A DNA stretch of 64,000 nt from an uncultured delta proteobacterium (lineage in GTDB: Bacteria > Myxococcota_A > Polyangia > Fen-1088), in contig CAVYGB010000010.1 in assembly GCA_963767925.1 (NCBI GenBank), forward strand, positions 1,280,001-1,344,000, written 5' to 3'. Numbering within the stretch: position 1 is the stretch's first letter; each line of letters begins with the position of its first letter. Of the stretch, positions 38,013 through 52,064 are shown piece after piece. The notes beneath the pieces are model-generated. The model searched no databases. It had not been told where the DNA came from and saw only the letters and a program-made list of their open reading frames with translations. Both the position numbers and the translations under genes were made by a program.

Positions 38013-39452
38013 TCAGTTCCGGCGGCAGCCGGGTTGCAGGCAGGTCAGGCAGCGGATCGACTGGCGGGTCCCCTCGACGGCGGGGGAGTTCTTCCGATCG
38101 ATATCGAGCGAGTAGCCCGAGGCGCTGCAGGAGGCCTGAGGGCTGACCACCCAGCAGGGGGAGTTCTCCCCGCCCTTGCACTGGGGGATCACGTGGTCCT
38201 CGAAGCGGTTGTTCGCGATCGGCCGCGACTCGGTCACGGTGCAGTCGGCCTCGAGCGCCGGCGTGGCGGGGTTGATGTCCACCAGCGGCGCCGAGATGCA
38301 GGGATCACCGACCGTCACCCGGATCTTGCGCGCGATCTCCCGCACCGCCTCGCGGAAGTCGTTCTGGCAGATGCTGTAGGTGCTGGAGTTCGGGAAGGCC
38401 TCCACGAAGCGCTTGACCCGCAGCCCGGGGATGGCGCTCCCGTTGCCCGACGAGCAGACCGGGCGCGAGGACAGGTTGGGCGCGCCCGCGATCTGATAGC
38501 GGGCGGCGGGCTCGGCGCCGGGCAGCGGCCAGCCGAAGATGCCGGCGGCGATGATCAGGCTGGGGTCCTTCTTGATGTTGACGATGTCGAGGACGAGCTG
38601 GGAGATCGGCACGAGCTGCCCGTCCTCTGCCGCCTGGCAAGAGTTGAGCGGGAGGTCCACCGGGGTCAGGCCGCTGTTGTGGGCCCCTCCACAGCTATGG
38701 GCCTCGAGCGCGCAGCGCAGGCTGAAGTCCTGCCCGGGCGTCATCGTGCCGAACATCGGGCTGTCGGCCGGCGCCGAGCAGTCGTCCTCGTCGGTCATGA
38801 TGACGAAGGCGAGGTAGGCGTCGGGCCGGAGGAAACCGGCGTTCTCCGGCGCCGTCAAGGCGGCGCGCAGGGCTCCGATCGAGTGCTCGAAGCCGCACCC
38901 CGCGGTGCCGAAGGTCGACATGCAGGTGAAGACGTTGCGGATGTTCCCGGCGTAGTTCGGGTTGACCGTGCGCAAGAAGCGCCCGCGGGTCACGTCCACC
39001 CCGCAGCGGGCGCAGAAATCGTTCCCTCGCACGCTGCAGAAGACGCCCCGATCCCCGCCGGCGGCGAGACAGCCGTTGTCGCTGCCGGTGCCGGCGCCGA
39101 GATCCGACGAGACCGAAGCGATCTGAAAGTCGGCTCCCTGCAGCCCGGCCAGCTCATCCATGAAGACCGGGAAGTTGCGGGCCAGGTTGGCCTGCTCTTC
39201 CTGCATGGAGCCGGAATTGTCGATCACGAAGACGATGTCGACGTTCCGGATCGGGTTGATTTCGCGGTATTGCGCCAGCTCACCCGTTGGATCCGGCGAC
39301 GGACGCTGGAGGGGATGAGAGTTGCACGACCACAGGAGGAACAACAACGCGGGTGCCGTCGCCACCATACCCAACCACCTGAAAACCCTGGCCTTTGCAC
39401 GCCACGACGGAACTCCTCGCACAGTTGGGGCCGGGCAAGGATGCTGCAGCAT
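38013..39452 (-). CDS. vWA-domain myxobacterial lipoprotein; start uncertain
   Basis: Lipobox LWSC; DIVFVIDNSGSM MIDAS motif, GCGFEH, FLRPDA and TDEDDCS. Confidence 0.8.
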   Translation of the reverse strand: MLQHPCPAPTVRGVPSWRAKARVFRWLGMVATAPALLFLLWSCNSHPLQRPSPDPTGELAQYREINPIRNVDIVFVIDNSGSMQEEQANLARNFPVFMDELAGLQGADFQIASVSSDLGAGTGSDNGCLAAGGDRGVFCSVRGNDFCARCGVDVTRGRFLRTVNPNYAGNIRNVFTCMSTFGTAGCGFEHSIGALRAALTAPENAGFLRPDAYLAFVIMTDEDDCSAPADSPMFGTMTPGQDFSLRCALEAHSCGGAHNSGLTPVDLPLNSCQAAEDGQLVPISQLVLDIVNIKKDPSLIIAAGIFGWPLPGAEPAARYQIAGAPNLSSRPVCSSGNGSAIPGLRVKRFVEAFPNSSTYSICQNDFREAVREIARKIRVTVGDPCISAPLVDINPATPALEADCTVTESRPIANNRFEDHVIPQCKGGENSPCWVVSPQASCSASGYSLDIDRKNSPAVEGTRQSIRCLTCLQPGCRRN

Positions 39453-39554
39453 GCGCAGTACTTTACGACAAGTCGGTGGAGGGGGATAGATGAAGGACAG
39501 CCTGAAGGGCTTTCCCACCTAGGCCCGATGCGTCTTCCGGAATTACGAATAATC

Positions 39555-40499
39555 ATGACGGGTTACGAGATTGTTCCCACGGTCCTCTTCGGCGCGCTGC
39601 TCGCGGCGCCCGGGATCGTCGTGCCGACCGGGCGCATCGTCACCCTGGAGGCGGTCCCGCCGGCGGTGATCACCATCCCCGCGGGCCGGTTCTCGATGGG
39701 AGCCAGCGCCGACGAGGTGAAACACGCCCGGGCCCTGTGCGCCGACGAGCTGCGGGGCGGCGGCGCCCTCGTGCTCGAGCTGTCCCCCCGCTGCGGCGCC
39801 CGCTTCGAGACCGAGTCGCCGCTGGCCCAGGTCTACCTGCCCGCCTTCGCCATCGACCGGGCCGAGGTGTCGGAGGTGGCCTACGCGGCCTGCGTGCGAG
39901 CCGGCGCCTGCCGGCCCACCGCCGAGGTGGGACCGTACGCCGAGAGCCTGCTGCCGGTGGAGAAGGTCGCCTTCCCCGAGGCGGTGGCCTATTGCCGCTG
40001 GCGGGGCGGCCGCCTGCCCAGCGAGGCAGAGTGGGAGAAGTCGGCGCGCGGCCCCGGTGACCGCATGTGGCCCTGGGGCAACGACTGGCTCGACCGGCGG
40101 GCCAACCACGGCCGGGCCGAGCGGCTGGCCCCGTCGGCCCAGCCCGGCAACGACACGGTCGACAGCGCCGACGGCTTCGCCGGCCGGGCGCCGGTGGGCT
40201 CCTTCGCCTCGGGGGCCAGCGCCTTCGGCGTGCTCGACCTGGGAGGCAACGTGTGGGAGTGGACGAGCACCTGGTTCTCGCGCGAGCCGCCCCAGGCCGC
40301 CACCCGCTTCGATCCGCGGGGCCCCCCCTTCGGCAGCGAGCGCACCATCCGCGGCGGTGGCTACCGCTCGCCCCCCTCGGACCTGCGCGTGACCCGCCGG
40401 ATCGGTCTCCACCCCGACGAGCGCCTGGCCGGAGTCGGCTTCCGCTGCGTGTACGACGCCCGCGGCCCCGCGCTCGAAAAGTCGCCGCCCTCTCGTTGA
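39555..40499 (+). CDS. Formylglycine-generating enzyme (SUMF1) domain protein
   Basis: FSMG, RLPSEAEWEKSARG, GNVWEW, RGGGY and GFRC. Confidence 0.88.
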   Translation: MTGYEIVPTVLFGALLAAPGIVVPTGRIVTLEAVPPAVITIPAGRFSMGASADEVKHARALCADELRGGGALVLELSPRCGARFETESPLAQVYLPAFAIDRAEVSEVAYAACVRAGACRPTAEVGPYAESLLPVEKVAFPEAVAYCRWRGGRLPSEAEWEKSARGPGDRMWPWGNDWLDRRANHGRAERLAPSAQPGNDTVDSADGFAGRAPVGSFASGASAFGVLDLGGNVWEWTSTWFSREPPQAATRFDPRGPPFGSERTIRGGGYRSPPSDLRVTRRIGLHPDERLAGVGFRCVYDARGPALEKSPPSR

Positions 40500-40528
40500 C
40501 AGCCCGGGGGCGGTTGCAGCGCCGGAGG

Positions 40529-40645
40529 CCCTCACCCGGCGCGCAGACGCGCCGACCTCTCCCCACGGCAGACCGCGGGGAGAGGTGATGCCTCGGACCC
40601 GGGCAGGAGAGGTGATGCCCGGGCGCCCCGCGGGACAGGTGACTT
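40529..40645. repeat. REP-like hairpin element with degenerate extra copies
   Basis: CCCTCACCCGG...CCTCTCCCC...GGGGAGAGG stem; GGAGAGGTGATGCC repeated. Lies between convergent genes. Confidence 0.55.
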
Positions 40646-40674
40646 CGCGGGGCCTGGCTGAGCAGCGCGGGCGT

Positions 40675-41844
40675 CTACTTGATCACGCGGTGGGGGGGCA
40701 TGCCGGGGAGGGGGACGTTGCGCTTGCGGGTCTTCGGGCCGTCCGTTGTTTCGGCGGCGGCGGCGGCGCCCCGGCCCCGGCGGCGGCGGGGCGGGCGCAC
40801 GTAGACCAGGGCCTTCTTGCGCGGCGGCGAGGGGGGCGCGGGCGGGCGCGCCACCGCCTCGGGCGGCAGCGGGGGGGGCGTCGTGCGCCAGTCCGGGGCT
40901 GCGGCGGCGAGATCCTCCAGCACCTGGGTGGTCAGCGCGGGCGCCGCCTCGGTCAGGTCGCTGACGAGCTGGCGAAACAGGCGGCCGTCGTCGGCGGCGC
41001 CAGCCAGCGGATCTTTCATGGTGGCGATCTCGGGGAGGCGGGCGCCGGCCCGCAGCCAGCCCAGCAGGGTCACCGGCACCGACAGGTAGTCGAAGGCCAG
41101 CTTGACCGCCGCCTGCAGGATGCCGAGCTGGGCCCCGTCCTGGAGCTGGTTGGCGAACAGGAACATGCCGAAGTGGTCGAGGTTGTCGGCGACCCGGCCG
41201 GCCAGCTCGGGATCGACGGTGTGCACCCGGCGGAGGATGTCGCTCACCTTCTCGCCCTCGGGCGTGCGGACCGCCGGCTCGAGCAGGCCGACCTGACGGG
41301 CGCGCGTCAGGTGGCGCCGTACCGTCCGCAGCACCACCGCCTTGAGCAGGCTGAAACCTTCGTGCACCGAGGCGGGCTGAGCGGTCGCCACCACGATGCG
41401 GTGGTCGCCCAGCTCCAGCAGATCGACCGCGTCGTAGCCCAGCCCGGCGCCGACGTCGACGATCGCCAGATCGACGTCGAGGGTGCGCAGCCGCTCGACC
41501 AGGCGCAGGCGCGCCCCCGGCGTTACCGCTTCGGGCCGGAGCTGGTTGCGACCGCCCCCGGCGACGAGGCGCAAGTTGGGGTGACGGGTCGGCACCACCG
41601 CCAGCGCGGCGCGGTTCTCGCGCCCCATCAAGGCCGCCAGCCCCGCCTGCGGGTTGCCCGCGCCGAGGATGAGGTGCTGGCTCGGGGCGGCCAGGTCGGC
41701 GTCGACGAGCAGGACCTTGCGGCCCATCTGCGCGGCCGCCCAGCCAAGCTGCGCGGCCACCGTGCTCTTTCCGATGCCACCCCGACCCCCGCCGACGGTG
41801 ACGATGCACGGTCGCGCTCCCGGGTCCTGTGCTGCCTCGGTCAA
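40675..41844 (-). CDS. MinD/FleN-like P-loop ATPase
   Basis: GGRGGIGKST, LVDADL and IVDVGAG. Confidence 0.85.
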   Translation of the reverse strand: MTEAAQDPGARPCIVTVGGGRGGIGKSTVAAQLGWAAAQMGRKVLLVDADLAAPSQHLILGAGNPQAGLAALMGRENRAALAVVPTRHPNLRLVAGGGRNQLRPEAVTPGARLRLVERLRTLDVDLAIVDVGAGLGYDAVDLLELGDHRIVVATAQPASVHEGFSLLKAVVLRTVRRHLTRARQVGLLEPAVRTPEGEKVSDILRRVHTVDPELAGRVADNLDHFGMFLFANQLQDGAQLGILQAAVKLAFDYLSVPVTLLGWLRAGARLPEIATMKDPLAGAADDGRLFRQLVSDLTEAAPALTTQVLEDLAAAAPDWRTTPPPLPPEAVARPPAPPSPPRKKALVYVRPPRRRRGRGAAAAAETTDGPKTRKRNVPLPGMPPHRVIK

Positions 41845-41966
41845 GCCGCGGCTCCTCTCTGCTTCGATCCATCGCCGGGCACGGGTGGAACCTTGAGGCG
41901 TCCCCTGATCCCGGGAGCCGGCCGGTCGGGGCCGGATAGCGCGCCGCTTCTGCCCCGGGACGTGCG

Positions 41967-42782
41967 ATGAATGTCCCCATGAACTCTGCCGGCGAGCGTC
42001 GGATAGCGCTCTTCCTGGACTTCGAGAACCTTGTGACGAACACGGGCATCACCGCCGCGCTCTTCGATCTGCGGCCCGCCCTCGAGCTGCTGCTGGAGCG
42101 GGGCAAGGTCATCTTCCGCCGCGCCTACTGCGACTGGTCGCGCTTTCGCGAGGCCAAGACCGGCCTGCACGAGCAGGCGGTCGAGCTGATCGACGTCCCC
42201 CCCTCGACCCGGGCCGGGAAAAACGGGGCCGACATGCGCCTCGTGATCGACGCCCTCGAGCTCAACTATGCCCGCCAGCACATCGACACCTTCGTGATCG
42301 CCTCGGGCGACAGCGACTTCGTGCCCCTGGCCAACAAGCTGCGGGAGAACGACAAGATCGTGATCGGCCTCGCCGTCAAGGAGGCGACCTCGCCCTTCTT
42401 CGTGCGCGCCTGCGACGAGTTCCTCTACCTGCCCACCGGCCGCGGCGGGCGCCAGCGCGACCGGGGCAGCCCGCCGCCCCTGGCCACGCCCGCCGGCAAG
42501 ACCACCCGGACGCCGGTCCGCACCATCCCACCGCTGGCCCGCGAGGTGGTGGCGGCCCTGCTCTCACGCGCCACCGGTCCGCTCAACCCCTCGCTCATCA
42601 AGGAGACGATGGTGCGCAAGGAGCCGGACTTCGACGAGGGCGACCACGGCTTCTCGACCTTCTCCCAGCTCCTCGAGGCCATGGAGAAGGAGGGGCTGCT
42701 CCGCTGGCAACAGATCGGTGGGCGGCAGTGGTACGTGGTGGCGCCGGGCGGGGATCACGACGCGCGCGGCGACCAGGATTGA
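41967..42782 (+). CDS. NYN domain protein with C-terminal OST-HTH/LOTUS
   Basis: LFLDFEN, KNGADMRLVID, ASGDSDF and FDE..HGFSTFSQLL. Confidence 0.9.
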   Translation: MNVPMNSAGERRIALFLDFENLVTNTGITAALFDLRPALELLLERGKVIFRRAYCDWSRFREAKTGLHEQAVELIDVPPSTRAGKNGADMRLVIDALELNYARQHIDTFVIASGDSDFVPLANKLRENDKIVIGLAVKEATSPFFVRACDEFLYLPTGRGGRQRDRGSPPPLATPAGKTTRTPVRTIPPLAREVVAALLSRATGPLNPSLIKETMVRKEPDFDEGDHGFSTFSQLLEAMEKEGLLRWQQIGGRQWYVVAPGGDHDARGDQD

Positions 42783-42816
42783 ACGGCACCCTTGAGTCCC
42801 GGGGGGGCTCCGTGAC

Positions 42817-43794
42817 ATGTTTTGGCCCGTCGTGCGCGTTCCGGGAAAACTGCGAGCCGCCCTGGCCGGCCCCCTGCTGCTGACGCTCGTCCTGCTGCTG
42901 GCGGCCCGACCCGCGCCCGCGCAGTCGCAGTCACAGCGGCCCCGGCCGGCCACGCCGAGCCCGCGTCCGGGGGCGCGCCCCTCGTTCGACCCCCACACCG
43001 CCCTGCTCGAGGCCTCGGTCCCCAGCCTCACCAGCGCCTCGGTGCGCGGCGATCGGGCCGAGCTGGCCCGCTGGGCCGACCGGCTGGGCCCCGCCCGCCT
43101 GGCCACCCTGCTGCAGCGGCGCGAGCGGGCCACCCTGCTGGCCGCGCTCGATTGCACGCGCACGCTCGAGGGCAACGTCCGCCTGCTGCCCTGGGTGACC
43201 CGGCTCATCGGCAGCGCCGACGCCCAGGTGGCCGAGCGGGCCATCCAGACGGTGGGCGAGCTCCTGCGCGCCGACCAGCTCGGCAAGCTGCTCGAGTGGG
43301 AGGTGGCGGCGGTGGAGGTGGGCGCCGCCTGCGCGGCGCTGGCCCGGGCCGCCGATCAGGCGAGCGCCCCCCAGCCGCTGCGCCAGCGCGCCCTCGAGGC
43401 GCTGGCCGAGGGTTATGCCTTCTGCCGGGTCAGCATCCCGGCCGAGACCCTGAGCTCGGAGATGTGGCCGGAGATCCGGCGGGCCGCCCTGCTGGCCCCT
43501 CAGATCGTGCGCACCCGGGAGGTCGAGGCGATCGGCGAGATGACCGCCGACCGCTCGCCGCAGGTGGCGGCGGCCGCCGCCGCCATCTGGTGCCGCCACC
43601 GCTTCGAGCCGCTGCGCCGGGGCGGGGTGAACGACGAGGCCCGCCAGCGCTTCGTCCGCATGCGCGCGCTGGTCATGCAGCCGACCATCGCCGCCGAGGA
43701 CGCGGCCGAGATGTTGCCCTGCCTGTCGCTCTCGCGCGACCCCGAGGACCGCAAGGCCTTCGAGGCAGCCCGCAAGCGCCTCATCACCAACTGA
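42817..43794 (+). CDS. Exported HEAT-like helical hypothetical protein
   Basis: Signal-like N-terminus, amphipathic helical repeats, operon context. Confidence 0.6.
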   Translation: MFWPVVRVPGKLRAALAGPLLLTLVLLLAARPAPAQSQSQRPRPATPSPRPGARPSFDPHTALLEASVPSLTSASVRGDRAELARWADRLGPARLATLLQRRERATLLAALDCTRTLEGNVRLLPWVTRLIGSADAQVAERAIQTVGELLRADQLGKLLEWEVAAVEVGAACAALARAADQASAPQPLRQRALEALAEGYAFCRVSIPAETLSSEMWPEIRRAALLAPQIVRTREVEAIGEMTADRSPQVAAAAAAIWCRHRFEPLRRGGVNDEARQRFVRMRALVMQPTIAAEDAAEMLPCLSLSRDPEDRKAFEAARKRLITN

Positions 43795-43838
43795 GCCCGC
43801 GACCCGCCACGATAACGTGGTACCTTGCTGTCGTGACC

Positions 43839-44171
43839 ATGGGGCTGGCAGCTCCGGCGGCGGTGCCGGTCGAGGTGCGCGCGACCGACCAGAGGGTCTT
43901 CCGCCTGTCGCAGGAGATCGGCCCCGGCGGCCTGCGGCTGCAGCGCCCGGCACCCTTCGAGCCCGGACGCCCGGTGGTGGTGCTGTTCGCCCTGCCCGGC
44001 CAGACCGACCGGCTCGAGCTGGTGGCCGAGGTCGCCACCACCGGCGACCCCTCCGAGGAGGAAGGCGAGAAGGGCGGCCTGCAGCTCTACTTCCGCGAGG
44101 CGCCGCCGGAGACCCGCGCCCACATCAGCGCCTACGTGGCCGAGCGCCTGGGCCTCCCTCCCCTCCCCTGA
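43839..44171 (+). CDS. PilZ-like domain protein
   Basis: [17 protein letters not shown] and GLQLYF pattern. Confidence 0.6.
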   Translation: MGLAAPAAVPVEVRATDQRVFRLSQEIGPGGLRLQRPAPFEPGRPVVVLFALPGQTDRLELVAEVATTGDPSEEEGEKGGLQLYFREAPPETRAHISAYVAERLGLPPLP

Positions 44172-44172
44172 T

Positions 44173-45751
<1,579 letters not shown>

Positions 45752-45755
<4 letters not shown>

Positions 45756-47503
45756 GCTGTCCGGCCGGCCTGGGACGCGCCCTTTCGCTGGCGGTGGCGC
45801 TGCTCGCCGCCAGCGGCTGCGCCACCGGGCGGCCGGCCGTGTCGAAGCTGGTCGGGGGCAAGGTCGTCGTCACGCGGCCGGTGGATCCCAACGCCTACGA
45901 ACACGTGGGGCGGGCCCTCCTTTACGAGGAGGCGGATCGCCCCGAAGACGCCATCGCCGAGCTGCAGCGGGCCCTCAACTTCGATCGCGAGGCGCCCGAG
46001 GTGCACGCCCGCATCGCCGAGCTGTACCTCGGCCTCGACAAGGTGAAGGAGGCCGAGCAGGCGGTGCGCACGTCGCTGGCCATCGCCGAGACCGTCGACG
46101 GGTTCGTGGCCCAGGCCCGCCTGCGCCGGCGCCAGGGTGACCTGGGAGGCGACGTGGCCTCCCTGCGCAAGGCGGTGTCGCTGTCCGGCTTCGGCGAGGA
46201 CGCACCCCAGGCCATCTCCACCTACCTCGAGCTGGCCGACGCCCAGCTCATGTCGCTCGACATAGACGGGGCCTTCGCCACCCTGGAGGACCTGGCGGCG
46301 GGCGCGCCCCAGTCGGCCATCGCCCACATCCGGCTCGCCTCGGTGGCCTGGGCCCTCGGGGCCCACGAGCAGACCGAGCGGGAGCTGCGCCTGGCCCTGC
46401 AGGTCGAGCCCAACCAGCTCGACGCCCTCCTGATGCTGGCCTGGCTGCACACGGCCGCCGGCAAGACGGGAGAAGCCCGGGCCCGCTTCGCCGAGGCGCT
46501 CGAGCGCTCGGAGGGCTCCTTCGAGGTGGCGGCGGCCTACGCCCGCTTCCTCATCGCCATCGGCGAGCCCAGGGGCGCGGCCGACCTGGCCGACGACCTG
46601 GCCACCGCCGGCACCGACGACGAGACAATCCTGGGTCGGATCGATCTCGAGCGGGCCGCCCACCGCGCTGACCGGGCCCTGGCCCTGGCCCGCGAGCGGC
46701 GGGGCGCCGCCAACAGCTCGGAGGAGACCCGGGCCCGCCTCGACATCCTCATCGCCGAGATGCTGGCCGACAAGGACGCCGCCGCGGCGGTGGCCGGCCT
46801 GCAGGGCGTGCCCCGCAGCGCCGCCGCCTTCGTGGAGTCGCGGCTGCGGGCGGCGGCCCTGCTGCGCGGGGCGGGCAAGCTGCCGGAGGCCAAGCAGGCC
46901 CTGGCCGAGGCGGAGAGCGAGGCCAAGACGCCGGCCCAGCTCGAGGAGATCGCCCTGGCCCACGCCCTCACCGACGAGAAGGCCGGGGCCTCCGCCCAGG
47001 CGTTGACCCGGCTGGATCAGCTCGCCGCCCAGCGCCCGCGGGCCCGCGTGCTCATGGCCAAGGCCTTCCTGCTCGAGCGGCTGGGCCGCTGGAAAGACGC
47101 CCTGGCGGTGGCCGACGCCGTGATCCAGGCCGAGCCGAGCAACGCCGAGGCCCTCAACTTCTGGGGCTTCGTCGCCGCCGACCACGGGCACGAGCTCGAG
47201 CGGGCCCGCCAGCGCATCCGGGCCGCGCTCGCCTTCGAGCCGGGCTCGGGCGCCGTCCTCGACAGCCTGGGCTGGGCCCACCTGCAGGCGGGCGACCTCG
47301 TCAAGGCGACCCTCTTTCTCGAGCAGGCGGTCCGGCTGGAGCCGGAGGACCCCGAGGTGCTGGGGCACCTGGCCGAGCTGCTGGCCCGCAACGGTCAGCG
47401 CGATCGCGCCGAGCAGGCGCTGCGGAAGGCCCTCGGCAGCAAGCCCGAAGATCCCCTGCGCCGGCGGCTCGAGGAGCAGCTCGCCCGGTCGAGGGGCAAG
47501 TAG
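45752..47503 (+). CDS. TPR-repeat lipoprotein
   Basis: Lipobox ASGC; C-terminal NAEALNFWG...LDSLGWA...EVLGHLAE. Confidence 0.85.
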
Positions 47504-47506
47504 TTG

Positions 47507-48379
47507 GTGACCGCCGCGCGCGGGTGGGCCCTGGCCCTCGGCGGTCTCGCCCTGCTGGCGGGGGGCTGCCTCGGCTGCGCGCCGGCGTTCGTGGCTCAGC
47601 GGCCCTACCCCACCCCCTCGGCCGACGACCTGCTGACCGGGCTGCGCGCCCGGCAGCAGGCGGTGCAGGCGGCCGATCTGGAGACCCGCACCACCAGCGC
47701 GATCGGGGACCAGCGCGGGCGGGCCACCGTGCTGATGCTTGTCGACCGGGCCGGGCGCCTGCGCTTCGACGTGGAGGTGGCCCTGCACGGGGCGGTGGCC
47801 ACCCTGGCCACCGACGGGCAAAACTTCGCCCTGCTCGACCTCAACGCCAACGTGTTTCGCCAGGGGGGCGCCTGTCCGGAGAACCTGGCCCTGCTGGTCC
47901 CGGTGCCGCTGCGCCCGGCCGAGATCGCCGCCATCCTGCTGGGAGATGCCCCGCTGGCCCCCGAGGCCCGGGCCGTCGACCTGACCTGGGACGGCAAGGC
48001 CCGGACCGACGTGCTGCAGATCGAGAACCCGGGCGGCGGCCAGACGCTGGCCGAACGGGTGTGGGTGAGCCTGCGGCGCAGCGAGGAGGGGAGACGATGG
48101 GACGTGGTGGGGCTCGAGGCGCGGCCGATGCCGGGGCAGGGGCGCTGGCGGGTGGCGTTCGAGGATCTGCAGGTCGAGGGGGGCTGGTCGCACCCGGGGG
48201 TCATCCGCTTCGCCGAGCCGGGGCGGCGCTTCGAGGACGGGGTCGAGATCGTGGTCAAGAAGCGCCGGCTCAACCCCAGCTTGCGCCCGCAGGCCTTCAC
48301 CCTCACCCCACCCGAGGGGTTCGGCACGCTCTTTCACCCATGCCCGTCGGACGCGCCGCCGCCGCCCGCGGGCTCCTGA
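47507..48379 (+). CDS. LolA/LolB-fold-like (DUF4292-like) lipoprotein
   Basis: Lipobox; GRLRFDV, LATDG and beta-rich pattern. Directly follows the TPR gene. Confidence 0.5.
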   Translation: MTAARGWALALGGLALLAGGCLGCAPAFVAQRPYPTPSADDLLTGLRARQQAVQAADLETRTTSAIGDQRGRATVLMLVDRAGRLRFDVEVALHGAVATLATDGQNFALLDLNANVFRQGGACPENLALLVPVPLRPAEIAAILLGDAPLAPEARAVDLTWDGKARTDVLQIENPGGGQTLAERVWVSLRRSEEGRRWDVVGLEARPMPGQGRWRVAFEDLQVEGGWSHPGVIRFAEPGRRFEDGVEIVVKKRRLNPSLRPQAFTLTPPEGFGTLFHPCPSDAPPPPAGS

Positions 48380-49601
48380 TCCTCGCGCTGGTCGCCGGAC
48401 CGGTCCTTGCGGGCCCGGGGGTCGCTCGGGCGGGCGAAGGCCGACCGCTCCGCCCGATGGGCAACGGGGCCCGCAGCTACTTCGCGCCGGTGGCGCCCGG
48501 GGTGGCCGACGAGGTGCTGACCGACAGCCTGGCCCGGGGCATCCTGCGGCTGATCCGGGAAGGCGCCGCCGGACGCGGCCGGCGGCCGCCCGAGCCGGAC
48601 GCCCGCCTGCACGCGGTGGCCGAGACGCTGGCCGCCACCCTCGGCCCCGACGAGGTGCCCGGGCTGCAGATGCAGGAGTTCCTGCTGTCGCACCACGGGC
48701 TCGGCGATCCGGTGCCCGAGCTGTTCATGTTGCAGATGGGGGTGGAGGACGACTTCATCCGCGACAAGGTGGCGGCCAGCGTCGTGCGGGCCCTGGGCGC
48801 GAGCCCGCAGGCCCGGATCGGGGTGGGCGTGTTCCGCCGCTGGTTCCGCAAGTGTGTGGTGGTGGCCTTGCAGCGGGTCGAGGTGGAGATGTTGCCGGTC
48901 CCCCGGCGCCTCCCGGCCGGCGGCTCGGCGCTGCTGGGCGGGCGCCTGCGCCGGGGCCTCTGGAACCCCAGCGGCCTGGTGACCCCTCCGGCCGGCGACG
49001 TGCGCGCGCTCGGCCTGCGCCAGAGCCCGGGCGGCAGCTTCCAGGGCAGCTTTCGCTGCGACGCCGGGCCCGGGCGCTACCAGGTCGAGGTCATGGCCGG
49101 CAGCCGGGCGGGCAAGACGGTGGTGGCCAACTTCCCCCTCTTCTGCGACGTCTCCCCACCGGGCGAGGGCCCCCGGGTGACAATCCGCGGGCCCGAGTCG
49201 AACGATCCCCGCGAGGCCGAGGCCCTGCTGCTCGAGGCGGTCAACCGCGACCGCGCGGCAGGCCGGCCTGCCGCCGCTGACCTGGGATCCGTCGCTGGCC
49301 CGGGTGGCGCGCAGCTACAGCGCCGAGATGTCCGACCGCGAGCAGGTCGATCACCAGTCCGCCTCCAGCGGCAACGCCGCCGATCGGGTTCGCCGGGGCG
49401 GCGCGCGGGCCTCGATCATCCTGGAGAACGTGGCCCGCGCCAACTCGATCGCCGACGCCCAGCGCAGCTTCATGACCAGCCCCGGCCACCGGGCCAACGT
49501 GCTCGACCGCGAGCGTCACCCGCATGGGGGCCGGCGTGGTGATCCGGCGCGAGCCCGGCGGGGTGCCCACCCTCTACGTCACCCAGCTCTTCTCGCCCTG
49601 A
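48340..49601 (+). CDS. CAP (SCP) domain exported protein with apparent frameshifts (~49262, ~49515)
   Basis: VNRDR, VARSYSAEM, ENVA, FMTSPGHRANVL and YVTQLF. Confidence 0.8.
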
Positions 49602-49617
49602 GCAGCGCTGCGGCCGC

Positions 49618-50766
<1,149 letters not shown>

Positions 50767-50978
50767 CAATCCAAAGCCTAGCACGACCAGCCGGCGCACG
50801 TCGAAGGCGCAACGTCGCAGACCGGGACCAGCAGGTACCGGCCGACCGCACCGCGCAGCACACGGGCGGGTCCAGCGGGCCGGGCAAGTGAGGTAAAAGG
50901 GAGCGCCTTGGCCAACGACAGAGCGGAAGCGGAAGCGGAGGTGGGCGTCGCACCGGCCCGGTCGAGTCCCTGGCGCCG

Positions 50979-52025
50979 GTGGCGACCGCCGCGATCAACT
51001 CGCCCCAGGCCGGCCTGGTGCTGGTCATCGCGGTCCTGTGCGGCGCGCTCGCCGCCTTCGCCGGCAGCCACGTCGATCGGGTGACCGGCCTGCCGGTGAA
51101 CAGCTTCCTCAACTCGTACACGCTGATCCAGACCGCCACCGACGCGAGCTTCTTCGCGGTGATGGCGGTGGGCGCGACCCTGGTGATCATCTCGGGCGGG
51201 ATCGATCTCTCGGTGGGATCCATCTATGCGCTGGCCGGGACCACCATGGCCCTGGTCCTGCGGGCGGCCGGGCCGCTCGACGGTGGCGCGGCGGTGCTGC
51301 TGGGCTTCGTGGTCTGTGTCGGCGTGGGCCTTGCTTGTGGCCTGCTCAACGGCTTGCTGGTGGTGGGGCTGAAGGTGCACCCCTTCGTGATCACCCTCGG
51401 GTCGATGTGGGTGCTGCGGGGGATCGCCTTCGTGGCCAGCAAGGCCGAGAGCATCCTGGTACCGGACGCGCTCACGGCGGTGGCCAAGGCCCCGCTCGGC
51501 CTGGGCGCCTCCCTCTACCCGGTGCCGATGTTGACCATGCTGGGCGTCACGGTGGCGGGGGCGATCTACCTGTCCCGCACGGTGATGGGCCGGCACATCT
51601 TCGCGGTGGGCGGCAACGCCGAGGCCAGCCTCTACTCCGGCCTGCGCCTCGGTAAAATTCGCGCCGGGGTGTACGCCCTGTCGGGGCTGAGCGCGGGGCT
51701 GGCCGCCTTCCTGGGGGCCAGCTTCTACGGCTCGGCCTCCTGCGGGGACGCGACCGGGTACGAGCTGTACGTCATCGCGGCGGCGGTGGTGGGCGGGGCC
51801 AGCCTGTCGGGCGGCAAGGGGAGCGCGGTGTCGGCCATGCTGGGGGCGCTCCTGATCGTCCTCATCCGCCAGGCCATCCGCACCCTGCACTTCGATCAGA
51901 ACTACGAGTGGATCATCATCGGCTGCGCCATCGTGCTGGCGGTGGTGGTCGACCAGGCGAGCGCCCGGGCCACCGCCCGCCGCCTGGCCCGGAGCGCGGC
52001 GGTGGCGCGCATGCACAAGGGCTGA
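50979..52025 (+). CDS. Sugar ABC transporter permease (RbsC-like)
   Basis: GGIDLSVGS, PFVITLG, GRHIFAVGGN and IAAAVVGGASLSGG. Confidence 0.92.
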   Translation: MATAAINSPQAGLVLVIAVLCGALAAFAGSHVDRVTGLPVNSFLNSYTLIQTATDASFFAVMAVGATLVIISGGIDLSVGSIYALAGTTMALVLRAAGPLDGGAAVLLGFVVCVGVGLACGLLNGLLVVGLKVHPFVITLGSMWVLRGIAFVASKAESILVPDALTAVAKAPLGLGASLYPVPMLTMLGVTVAGAIYLSRTVMGRHIFAVGGNAEASLYSGLRLGKIRAGVYALSGLSAGLAAFLGASFYGSASCGDATGYELYVIAAAVVGGASLSGGKGSAVSAMLGALLIVLIRQAIRTLHFDQNYEWIIIGCAIVLAVVVDQASARATARRLARSAAVARMHKG

Positions 52026-52064
52026 CCCCCTCCATTTGCCCCGTTTAAGTGATAGGACGGAGGC

